A stretch of DNA of 64,000 bases from Eubacteriales bacterium. Its GTDB lineage: Bacteria > Bacillota > Clostridia > Oscillospirales > CAG-272. The translations under genes and the position numbers were made by a program. The DNA lies in assembly GCA_045656745.1 (NCBI GenBank), contig JAZORT010000022.1, positions 13,784 through 77,783 of the forward strand, given 5' to 3'. Positions within the stretch are counted from its first letter, which is position 1; each line of letters opens with the position of its first letter. Below the pieces are notes generated by a model that saw nothing but the letters and a program-made list of their open reading frames with translations, was not told the DNA's origin and made no database searches. Below, in pieces: positions 15,533-23,421 of this stretch.

Positions 15533-15540
15533 CATTCGCA
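15515..15540 (-). repeat. right terminal inverted repeat (IRR candidate)
   Basis: The reverse complement TGCGAATGTCAAGTAGTTATTTGCAA shares the 11-nt core with 2818-2828, at the same 15-nt offset from the direct repeat. Confidence 0.6.
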
Positions 15541-15555
15541 CTAAAAAAGCGCCCC
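15541..15555. repeat. right copy of 15-bp direct repeat CTAAAAAAGCGCCCC
   Basis: Identical to 2788-2802. Confidence 0.75.
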
Positions 15556-15571
15556 AAATTACTTGAGGCGC
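15543..15571 (-). terminator. rho-independent terminator of the DUF11 gene (insertion target)
   Basis: The minus strand reads GCGCC-N13-GGCGC followed by TTTTTT. One stem arm and the T-tract are part of the duplicated 15-mer. Confidence 0.7.
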
Positions 15572-15587
15572 AAAAGTTTTGCTGAAT

Positions 15588-16436
15588 TTAAACGGTTCCG
15601 GTGATAGTAACTACCGCAACGCCGGGTGTAATCGAAATAACGCCCGTTATGGGGTCGCGCACATAGGTTGCCGCAGGAACGGTAACGGTGCCGTCGAGAG
15701 TTGCAAACTCGCCCGTCGCTGTATTATAAGTGTATCCCGTTCCTTCAACAAGCGCAATACCGTCAAGAGTAACGGCAATATTATTAAGGATAGGGTCAAA
15801 GGTATCGTTAACAATAAGGTTGTCGGTTGCTACAACGGCAGAGTTGCCGAGATTCTGGATAACAATTGTATAGCTTATCTCGCCTGCGCAACTTATGCTC
15901 CGAGGGCAAACCGACTTTGCGATAGTAAGCTCAGGCTCTTCTCTTACGGGAACTGTTGCGCTGTCCGAAGCCTCACAACTACCGCCGCTTAACGTTACGG
16001 TATTGGTTATAGAAGAACCTGCCTCAATAGGCGCCGTAGAGTTCGCGCGTGTCTCGTAGATAATCGTTAAATTCGAGCCTGCGGGAATCGTAAAAGGTCC
16101 TATTGCAAGAGTGTCACCCACCACAACGGCAGGAGCGTTCTGAAGAACGCCGTCAAGATAGTACAAAACAGAGCCGTCAACATAAGTCAGCGGAATAATA
16201 TTCTGTGTACCCACCTCAAAGGCACCGAGATTATCGGTCAGAGTTACTCCGCTATACTCGCTCAGTCCAGAATTAACAATTGAAATTACATAGGTAACTC
16301 CCTCGCCCTGCCCGTATTCGGATGTTGCCGCAGTTTTGGTCAAGGTAAGAGCTGATGTGATTTCACCCGTAGTTACATTCGAGTTTATAACGGCTCCGCC
16401 AAGGTTAATAGATGCCTGGTTATAGAAGGTTGCCAT
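15588..16436 (-). CDS. DUF11 (conserved repeat domain) protein, no signal peptide
   Basis: Two repeats of the LT(I/L)(A/T)K...G..I.Y.I.I.N.G...A..V...D type. The protein is T/V/G-rich and beta-rich. Confidence 0.6.
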   Translation of the reverse strand: MATFYNQASINLGGAVINSNVTTGEITSALTLTKTAATSEYGQGEGVTYVISIVNSGLSEYSGVTLTDNLGAFEVGTQNIIPLTYVDGSVLYYLDGVLQNAPAVVVGDTLAIGPFTIPAGSNLTIIYETRANSTAPIEAGSSITNTVTLSGGSCEASDSATVPVREEPELTIAKSVCPRSISCAGEISYTIVIQNLGNSAVVATDNLIVNDTFDPILNNIAVTLDGIALVEGTGYTYNTATGEFATLDGTVTVPAATYVRDPITGVISITPGVAVVTITGTV

Positions 16437-16520
16437 TTTTTTGCTCCTATTTTTTTGTTTTCCGAGCGCTATGCACGCTCTTCTACCATTATATTACAAA
16501 GGAGCAAAATTCGTTATTTT

Positions 16521-17021
16521 TTAAAGCTCCAGCGTCATTATAACTGCGCCGAAGTATTCGCCGTTTATCTTAAAGAATTTGTCAACCTCGCCTTTTTTCA
16601 CAAATCCGTATTTTTTATAAAGAGATATAGCGCGCTCGTTATCAGCTCTCGCCTCAAGATATATAAGCTCAATTCCCTTTTCTTTTGCAAAATCTATCAT
16701 AATTTCCATAAGCCGCGAGCCAACACCCCTGCCCCAGTATTCCTTTAAAACGGTAATAGAAAGCTCGGAGCGGTGAGAAAATCTCAAAACTCTGCTCGCC
16801 TCAAGAGAAGCGTTTGCAATTATCTTATCTCCGTCAAGAGCAATAAGCATTATATCCTTCTTTGATTTTTCGAAGCGCTCGATAAATCTCCCCTCGCGCT
16901 CATCACTCATATTAAAGGTGTCTTTCCCGTATGAAAGAAAATCGGTCTCTTCGCCAACCGTTCTAACGTATTCGGCAAGAAAATGAGCATCCGCGACAGT
17001 TGCCCTTCGGTATTCGAACAT
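16521..17021 (-). CDS. GNAT family N-acetyltransferase
   Basis: The track start is GTG 17030, but ATG 17021 has an AAGGAAGTG RBS. WGRGVGSRLM matches the acetyl-CoA binding motif. Confidence 0.8.
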   Translation of the reverse strand: MFEYRRATVADAHFLAEYVRTVGEETDFLSYGKDTFNMSDEREGRFIERFEKSKKDIMLIALDGDKIIANASLEASRVLRFSHRSELSITVLKEYWGRGVGSRLMEIMIDFAKEKGIELIYLEARADNERAISLYKKYGFVKKGEVDKFFKINGEYFGAVIMTLEL

Positions 17022-17223
17022 AAAAATCACTTCCTTTATATTTATAAAAATATTATATCACTAAAGCTTTGGCATTTCAATAAAAATTACATTTATTTCC
17101 TATTATATTTCTTGAATTGCGTGATACAATAATAACAGAGTCAAGGGAAAACGCCCGAAAGGGTGAATTCCTTTCGGGCTCGATGATATAGATTTTTTTA
17201 AAAAACAAGGAGATTAAATTCTT

Positions 17224-17412
17224 ATGGCTAAGAATAATGAAAAGAAGGCAGCTCTCGAAAACTTTAAGATGCAGGCTGCAAACGAAGTAGGCGTTACCCT
17301 TAAGCAGGGTTACAACGGCGACCTCACCGCAAAGCAGGCTGGTTCTGTTGGCGGACAGATGGTTAAGAAGATGGTTGAGTCCTACGAGAACTCTCTCAAG
17401 ACCAACGGCTAA
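17224..17412 (+). CDS. alpha/beta-type small acid-soluble spore protein
   Basis: 62 aa. KMQAANEVGV...LTAKQAGSVGGQMVKKMVE is the SASP signature. AAGGAG RBS. Confidence 0.9.
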   Translation: MAKNNEKKAALENFKMQAANEVGVTLKQGYNGDLTAKQAGSVGGQMVKKMVESYENSLKTNG

Positions 17413-17547
17413 TTAAAAGCGGTTAAAAACCTTCTCCTTTCCGAAATGAAAGTAATTTTAAAGTCGTCTTTGAATACAGTTCCCGATGACGGCAGTTTTC
17501 CGAAAACGGCTTTAAAATTACAAAAAAGCTTATAAAAATAACTAAAA

Positions 17548-17590
17548 CCTCCCGCGGTAGATGCTGATGTTCTACTGTGGGAGGCTTTTT
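17548..17590. terminator. terminator between convergent genes
   Basis: CCTCCCGCGGTAGA...TCTACTGTGGGAGG followed by CTTTTT. Confidence 0.6.
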
Positions 17591-17631
17591 ATTAAAATGT
17601 TTGTTTTAGGGGTTTTGTTCAAAATTCAGGT

Positions 17632-18882
17632 TTAGTCATTTTTTAAAAACAGATTATTCGCCTTTATATACATATCCTTGCAAGCATCCCATGCGGTGCT
17701 TTTTCCGGGAGCGTGAGTTGTGGTGATAACGCTGCCCCAAAAACCTTTTTCATTAAAGTATGACATTTGCATATCGATCATTTTCCAGAAATGCTCGGAA
17801 TCCCGCTCAAAGGTCAAGGTCGGCGAAGCACAATATGTAGCTCCCTCTCCCATAACGATTTTACTGCGGGGCGCTACCTTTTTATGAGTCTCTATAATAG
17901 CGTCGATTCCTGCGTGAAGCTTTTGAATATAGCGCTCGAAATTGTTTTTCAATTCATTGTCAAGCAGCTCTGTGAGCTCATCCTCTTTATTCTCATCAAT
18001 AGACGCGTAGAGGCTGATTCTGCTCGGCCAGTCAACGCCGGTACGAAGAACACCCATCTCTTTAACTATATCCGACACCGATACAAGCTCGTCCCTCAGA
18101 TAATACCTTGTGTCTTCGGGAACAACTATCTCCTCAAGACTTCTGCACACAATGTCCTGCTGGAAGGCATCGTATAACGACCAGGCGTAATAGTGATGAA
18201 AATCCAAAACATCGATATTCCTCGGTATAATTTCGGGATTAACTCTCGGAGTCCAGGTATCAAAGGCAAACAGTATATCGGGATGCGCCTTCTTTAATTT
18301 GTCTATTTCTTTTTCGTGTAACGCTCTCAGCTCTCTTGCTTTATCGTCCGCAATACCTCGGTATTCTCCCGCAAACGGAAGTCCGTCAAATTCATTGAAG
18401 ATTTCGGCAAAGGCGATTATATCGATCAACCCTTCTCTTCTGAGTACATCAAGAATTTTTGAAAGCTCGTCTGCAAAAAAAGACATTTTCTCTTCCGTTG
18501 AAAGATCAAACAGATGCTTTTTGTCCTTTTCCTCGCAATACCAATTTGTATGAAGGAAGAACCAGCTTGAAATTATCACCCTTACATTCTGTTCCTTAGC
18601 GGCTCTGCAGATTTTTAAAAGCCGTTCAAGAATATTCATTCGCTTTCCGTCCGCAATACCTTTGGATGTGGTATATTTCGTGTACTTGCCGAAAGGTTGA
18701 GAAATCAAAACATCGTCTCTTACATTTCCTTTTTCGTCCCATAAAAGCCCTGCACCATCGTCTATTCTAATGCAGTTAAAGCCTCTTTCAACAATCTCTT
18801 TTATTGACTCATCGAAGTTGTCCTTTTCTTCAAACACCATCCACGGATGAAAGCAAATCGCAAGTTTTCCTTCGTTTATCAT
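17632..18882 (-). CDS. glycoside-hydrolase-like (cellulase-like TIM barrel) protein
   Basis: 416 aa. The GFNCIRIDDG..LW and NEFDG patterns resemble GH5/cellulase-like families. No signal peptide. Confidence 0.5.
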   Translation of the reverse strand: MINEGKLAICFHPWMVFEEKDNFDESIKEIVERGFNCIRIDDGAGLLWDEKGNVRDDVLISQPFGKYTKYTTSKGIADGKRMNILERLLKICRAAKEQNVRVIISSWFFLHTNWYCEEKDKKHLFDLSTEEKMSFFADELSKILDVLRREGLIDIIAFAEIFNEFDGLPFAGEYRGIADDKARELRALHEKEIDKLKKAHPDILFAFDTWTPRVNPEIIPRNIDVLDFHHYYAWSLYDAFQQDIVCRSLEEIVVPEDTRYYLRDELVSVSDIVKEMGVLRTGVDWPSRISLYASIDENKEDELTELLDNELKNNFERYIQKLHAGIDAIIETHKKVAPRSKIVMGEGATYCASPTLTFERDSEHFWKMIDMQMSYFNEKGFWGSVITTTHAPGKSTAWDACKDMYIKANNLFLKND

Positions 18883-18896
18883 TTTTTATATTCCTC

Positions 18897-19697
18897 TTAT
18901 CTTTTAATGTGGAATTTGTAGTCCTCGGTCAATTTAAGAAGGTCGATTGCTCTTTCTATCGCGGGTTTTGTCATATCAAAGTGCTCGGGGTGGTGTGCGT
19001 CGCTGCCGCAATAGAATTTACACCCGCAGGCCTTGGCGATTTCATAAGGAAGCACGGCAATGCTTGTATCCTCGTCGGGAAAATCGAAAACATGCGCGTT
19101 AAGCTCAATTCCGATTCCGACCTCTGCCGCTCTTTTAAAGAGTCTTTCCATTTCCTTTTCGGGAATAAGCTTTAGAACCTCGAGATATTCTTCCCTTGTG
19201 GGAGCGATTAGGCTGCAGGTAAGGTGCGCCAAGCCGATTTTATAAAACGGAAGGTCCATACCGAGAAGAGCATCGAAGCGCTTAACCCAAAGATTTGCCC
19301 TTCTTTCATAGGAATTAAAGTCCTCCAGCGAAATGGTGAAATCGTCCATATGGAGATGTGTTGTGGGAACAACAACAAAATCGAGTCTATCTATGCACTC
19401 TCTTGAAATACCTAGTCTGAAAAACTTATCCATCTCGGTTTCGCAGCCAAAAATAAACTCAATCCCCTCTGCTTGCGGCAGCGGCTTTGCCTGAGAGATG
19501 TGGTCCCAATTCTGTCTTTTATACCAAGAAGAAGCGCCTTCTACCGCATCGTCCCAAAAATGGTCGGTAATACATACGGTTTTAAGGTTATTTTGCTTTG
19601 CATACTGCAATATTCTCTCGTTTGTCTGCCCTGCATCATTTGAGCAAGAAGAAAGCTTTGAGTGAATGTGAAAATCGTGATCGTATATGTATCTCAT
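18897..19697 (-). CDS. PHP-domain metal-dependent phosphoesterase
   Basis: DFHIHSKLSSCS at the N-terminus, with TDHFWD and GSDAHHPEH later. AGGAG RBS. Confidence 0.7.
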   Translation of the reverse strand: MRYIYDHDFHIHSKLSSCSNDAGQTNERILQYAKQNNLKTVCITDHFWDDAVEGASSWYKRQNWDHISQAKPLPQAEGIEFIFGCETEMDKFFRLGISRECIDRLDFVVVPTTHLHMDDFTISLEDFNSYERRANLWVKRFDALLGMDLPFYKIGLAHLTCSLIAPTREEYLEVLKLIPEKEMERLFKRAAEVGIGIELNAHVFDFPDEDTSIAVLPYEIAKACGCKFYCGSDAHHPEHFDMTKPAIERAIDLLKLTEDYKFHIKR

Positions 19698-19707
19698 TCT
19701 TATGCTC

Positions 19708-20397
19708 CTATATGCTTACTTTTTCCATATAATCCAAATCCCCGTCTTTACAAAGGCGTATTACAAAATCAAAGCAGTCTACCCTTGTGCACATATAAAA
19801 ATCATTTTCGGGAAAAATGTCGTTTTGAGATTTATCGAAGAATTTTGCGCCTTCGGTGGTTTTAAGTTTTTCAATACCCGCTGACAAATCAAACTCTTCT
19901 CCGAGGAGAAGGCTTTTGATATATTCGGCGCAAAGAGTATCCTCGTCGGTAGGATACTCACCCGCATAACCCATACAAACAAGCGAAATATCCACAGCGC
20001 CGCTTTTCTTTATATATTCGGCGGTTGCTTTCGCGTTAACAAGGCTTCCGCCTAAAATTTCGGCAGCATTTTTGGCATTGGCAACGCCCTGCGTGCCTGC
20101 ACTTGTGGTATGAATAACAGTTTTACCCTTTAAATCAAGGTCACAAAGTCCCGAGGGCGAGTTGCCGAAATCAAAGCCCGGAAGGATTTTTCCGTATCGC
20201 TCACCCGCAAGAATCATTTCAGGATTTTCTTCCTTTAAGCGGTAGGCAACGGCACTGTCCCCTACGGGAATAATCTTTTTTACACCCTTAGAAAAGCAAT
20301 AAGCCTCCACCGAAAAAGCGCGGAAAACATCTATAATAACGGTAAGTCCCGTAGCCTTTTTTGCGCCTTCTACGGCTTGGAAAATTTTAATGTCCAT
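19708..20397 (-). CDS. 2-phosphosulfolactate phosphatase (ComB) family protein
   Basis: VIIDVFRAFS, GERYGK..PGFDFGNSP and HTTSAGTQG are typical of the ComB family. Confidence 0.7.
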   Translation of the reverse strand: MDIKIFQAVEGAKKATGLTVIIDVFRAFSVEAYCFSKGVKKIIPVGDSAVAYRLKEENPEMILAGERYGKILPGFDFGNSPSGLCDLDLKGKTVIHTTSAGTQGVANAKNAAEILGGSLVNAKATAEYIKKSGAVDISLVCMGYAGEYPTDEDTLCAEYIKSLLLGEEFDLSAGIEKLKTTEGAKFFDKSQNDIFPENDFYMCTRVDCFDFVIRLCKDGDLDYMEKVSI

Positions 20398-20433
20398 TAA
20401 AAAACCTCAAGCAGTTGCTAATATTATGGCAAA

Positions 20434-21591
20434 TTACTTAACCGAAAGAAGCTTGTTTATAACCTCGTCAAGCTCGACTTCTGTCCTATCGGGAGACAGA
20501 GGAATTGTTACCGCACGCGAGAGAATGTCGAGAGATTTAGGACACATATCCTGTGTATAATCGGGGATAATATTACGGTTTGCCTCAAACTTAAACGGGT
20601 CCATAAGAGGGTTAAGATGACCGCGCTTTTGCATAATAGCCTCCCAGTCCGAGTAAACATGTCTTGAGCTGTTTATAAGGATGCTTCCCGCGCCTTGCTC
20701 GGTAATCTTCTTCGCCTCTTCGGCGCTGCTTGCAATTATCTGAATTTGCATACCGAGGTCGCCCTCAAAATCGTTGGTGTAATTGATTTTATATTTCGCA
20801 GAAAGTCTTTCTGCCATGTATTTTTTAGCTTTTTTCAAATCTTTCTTAATTCCGTCGAGCTTTTTAAGCTGCTCACGAAGAATTGCAGATGTTATCTCGT
20901 TGGTACGGTATTCGTTTCCGCAGAAGGGAGGAATTGTTACACCGTCAAGCTGATTCCCGAAGAATGCAACCGCGCTTGAATCGTGATAAATAAGAGCCTT
21001 TTGATAAAGGTCCTTATCGTTTGTAACAAGAGCGCCGCCTTCGCCGACGGATATGATTTTAAAGTAATTATAGCTATATGCGCCCGCATCACCCCAAGTG
21101 CCGAGCTTTTTACCCTTATATTCACCGCCCATTGCCTGGCAGGCGTCCTCAATAACCTTTAATCCGTGCTTTTTGGCGATTTCGCATATTACATCCATTT
21201 TACAAGGCATACCGAGCATATGAACGGGCATTATTGCCTTTGTATAGGGGGTAATTTTCTTCTCAATATCATCGGGGTCGATAGCCAAGGTTTCGTCAAT
21301 TTCGGCAATAACGGGAATAGCACCTACCGAAACAACAGAAATTGCCGATGCAATGTATGTATAAGCAGGCACGATAACCTGATCACCCGGTCCTATGCCC
21401 GCAGCGGTAAGAGCCGATACTAAAGCCGCGTGTCCTGAGGTCATAACAAGCGAATGCTCGGTATTAAGGTAGGCACAAAGGTCCTCCTCTGCGTGCATTG
21501 ATTCCTGACACGCCTTGTTTACTTTGAAGAGATTTCTTGAGCGGATAACTCTCTCCACCGCATCTATTTCTTCCTGACCGATTCTATACAT
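20434..21591 (-). CDS. DegT/DnrJ/EryC1/StrS family PLP aminotransferase
   Basis: GGAGGA-N7-ATG at 21591 (MYRIGQEEIDAV). The family pattern is SGHAALVSAL..GDQVIVPAYTYIAS..YSYNYFKIISVGEGG. Confidence 0.8.
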   Translation of the reverse strand: MYRIGQEEIDAVERVIRSRNLFKVNKACQESMHAEEDLCAYLNTEHSLVMTSGHAALVSALTAAGIGPGDQVIVPAYTYIASAISVVSVGAIPVIAEIDETLAIDPDDIEKKITPYTKAIMPVHMLGMPCKMDVICEIAKKHGLKVIEDACQAMGGEYKGKKLGTWGDAGAYSYNYFKIISVGEGGALVTNDKDLYQKALIYHDSSAVAFFGNQLDGVTIPPFCGNEYRTNEITSAILREQLKKLDGIKKDLKKAKKYMAERLSAKYKINYTNDFEGDLGMQIQIIASSAEEAKKITEQGAGSILINSSRHVYSDWEAIMQKRGHLNPLMDPFKFEANRNIIPDYTQDMCPKSLDILSRAVTIPLSPDRTEVELDEVINKLLSVK

Positions 21592-21609
21592 TATAAATTC
21601 CTCCAATGT

Positions 21610-22347
21610 TTATATTTTTTTCAAATAATCAGCGCTTATTTTAATACTGTCGAGGGCGGAAATGTCACATTTATCCTGCTCAACAACAAAGTATTCAACA
21701 CCCGCATCATACGCAGCATCCATAATAGTGTCAAAACGAAGATTTCCCTCGCCTATCTCGGCATAGGTAAGTCCGTCAAAGGTCATTTTTGCATCCTTTA
21801 AGTGAAGAATCTTAATTCTTCCTTTTAGTTTATCTATATAATACTTAATGTCCGCACCGCCGTACTGAATCCAATATGTATCGGGCATAAAGTACGCATT
21901 AGGGGATGTTAAGCCGTCAATAAGCATATCGTAGGCGGTTTTTCCGTTTTCCATTCTTATAAATTCTCTTGCGTGGTTATGATAGGAAAAGCTGAGTCCG
22001 TGCTCCGAAAGTCTGTCTGCAAGAGCGTTTGCCTTTTCGATATACTCTTCAACCTCCGATGCGCTTTTAAAGCTTTCGCTTACACCGAGGTCAAATGCGC
22101 CGATAGCCTTATGCACTCTCACCGCCTCGTCAAAATCGGCAAGAAAATGCTCAATAAAGCCGACAGAGCCGATAACCTTAAGACCGCACTCCTTTGCGAG
22201 AAGTCCCGTCCGCTCAATTGTAGCAAGGTCGCCCGCCACCTGAACGAAATCATAACCAAGCTCTTTTACAAGCTTCATCGCTTCCTTTGCGCCCTCGCCC
22301 GAAAGCTCAGCGCGCAGTGTATATAACTGCAATCCGAATTTATCCAT
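21610..22347 (-). CDS. sugar phosphate isomerase/epimerase (TIM barrel)
   Basis: QLYTLR.., SYHNHAREF, HLKD and VVEQD are typical of the family. Confidence 0.75.
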   Translation of the reverse strand: MDKFGLQLYTLRAELSGEGAKEAMKLVKELGYDFVQVAGDLATIERTGLLAKECGLKVIGSVGFIEHFLADFDEAVRVHKAIGAFDLGVSESFKSASEVEEYIEKANALADRLSEHGLSFSYHNHAREFIRMENGKTAYDMLIDGLTSPNAYFMPDTYWIQYGGADIKYYIDKLKGRIKILHLKDAKMTFDGLTYAEIGEGNLRFDTIMDAAYDAGVEYFVVEQDKCDISALDSIKISADYLKKI

Positions 22348-22461
22348 ATTAACAGTTGCACCTCCCTTTGTTATGCTTTTATTTTAGCATCAAACAAACG
22401 CAAACTCAATCCCGCTTTTTGACATTCTTTACCCAAAAATTCATTTTTTCTAAAATGCTTA

Positions 22462-22490
22462 TTGACACACAAAATCCTTTGTGATAAAAT
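22462..22490 (+). promoter_or_regulatory. sigma-A type promoter of the AraC-family gene
   Basis: TTGACA (22462-22467), 17-nt spacer, TAAAAT (22485-22490). Confidence 0.55.
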
Positions 22491-22509
22491 AGCCTTGAGG
22501 TGAAATATT

Positions 22510-23328
22510 ATGATTTATCAAACATTGCTTCCCGCCGCAAACCCTTATGTTGTATACACTTTATCGAGTGCGCACGGATTTCCCATACACAAGCATCACG
22601 AAATTGAGTTAATATATTCCCCTGCAAAAACTGTGGTAGAGCTTACTCTCGGTGACGAAAAGCATTTAATTTCGGGCGGTGAGGTTGCCGTTGTCGGAAC
22701 ACTTACTCCCCACGGAACAAGCACTTCGGGTGATATGTGCGAAATAATGGTGTTGGAGCTGGGTCCACTATTTCTCAAGGAGCATTTTCAGGCAATGTCG
22801 GACCTTGACCTTTCTAACCCGAAAATTGATCTTTCCGCCGATGATGAGCCGACAAAGGACCTGAAGCGATGCCTTGATGATATTTATGCAATGTATCTTA
22901 GCAAAACGAAAAAGGACGAGCTTCTTATCATAGGTAACATATACCGCATTTGCTCGGATATTATAAAGCTTAAATCTTCAAATCAGGCATCAAAGCCTAA
23001 AAAGGATGCAAAAAAGCTAAAGAAAGCCCTAAACTATATTCACACAAATTACGCAAGCAAAATAACCCTTGACGAAACGGCGGATATGGTCGGTTACAGT
23101 AAGGGAAATTTCTGTAAGGCGTTTAAGTCCGCTACGGGCCTTAGCTTCCATACATATCTTAATAATTACAGAATTACCAACGCCTGCTATCTTCTCACAA
23201 ACACCGAAATGTCTATCGGAGTTATTGCAGAATCGGTTGGTTTTTCCGAATTTAAAACATTCTGCCGAGTTTTTCGCTCCGTTGTGGGCAAAACACCCAG
23301 TGAATACCGCTTGGCAAACGGAGTGTAG
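22510..23328 (+). CDS. AraC family transcriptional regulator (cupin + HTH)
   Basis: The C-terminal ITLDETADMVGYSKGNFCKAFK...GVIAESVGFSEFKTFCRVFR is a double-HTH pattern. Confidence 0.85.
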   Translation: MIYQTLLPAANPYVVYTLSSAHGFPIHKHHEIELIYSPAKTVVELTLGDEKHLISGGEVAVVGTLTPHGTSTSGDMCEIMVLELGPLFLKEHFQAMSDLDLSNPKIDLSADDEPTKDLKRCLDDIYAMYLSKTKKDELLIIGNIYRICSDIIKLKSSNQASKPKKDAKKLKKALNYIHTNYASKITLDETADMVGYSKGNFCKAFKSATGLSFHTYLNNYRITNACYLLTNTEMSIGVIAESVGFSEFKTFCRVFRSVVGKTPSEYRLANGV

Positions 23329-23421
23329 CTTTTGGCGCTGAAAAGAAACAAAAAATAAACAAAAGAGCTAAGATGAGTTTTTTTAACATCTTAGCTCTTT
23401 TTCCGCCCGGCAGGCTAAAAA

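Larger units (their letters stand above)
2803..15540. mobile_element. about 12.7-kb integrative rolling-circle element (Rep + membrane/morphogenesis-like module + IS30-family transposase)
   Basis: It is bounded by 15-bp direct repeats and symmetric inverted cores. Removing it restores a terminator followed by a promoter. The interior is AT-richer, has no housekeeping genes, and contains a Rep, an iteron origin and a DDE transposase. Confidence 0.75.

Noticed and set aside
14350-15540. A compact autonomous IS30-type insertion sequence of about 1.2 kb
   Set aside because: I could not find any sequence upstream of the transposase gene resembling the right end (core GTTATTTGCAA). The only match is at 2818-2828.
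2750-15600. Integration by a tyrosine/serine recombinase into a tRNA gene, or XerCD/dif-type integration
   Set aside because: No recombinase-like ORF, no tRNA gene and no dif-like 28-mer were seen at either boundary.
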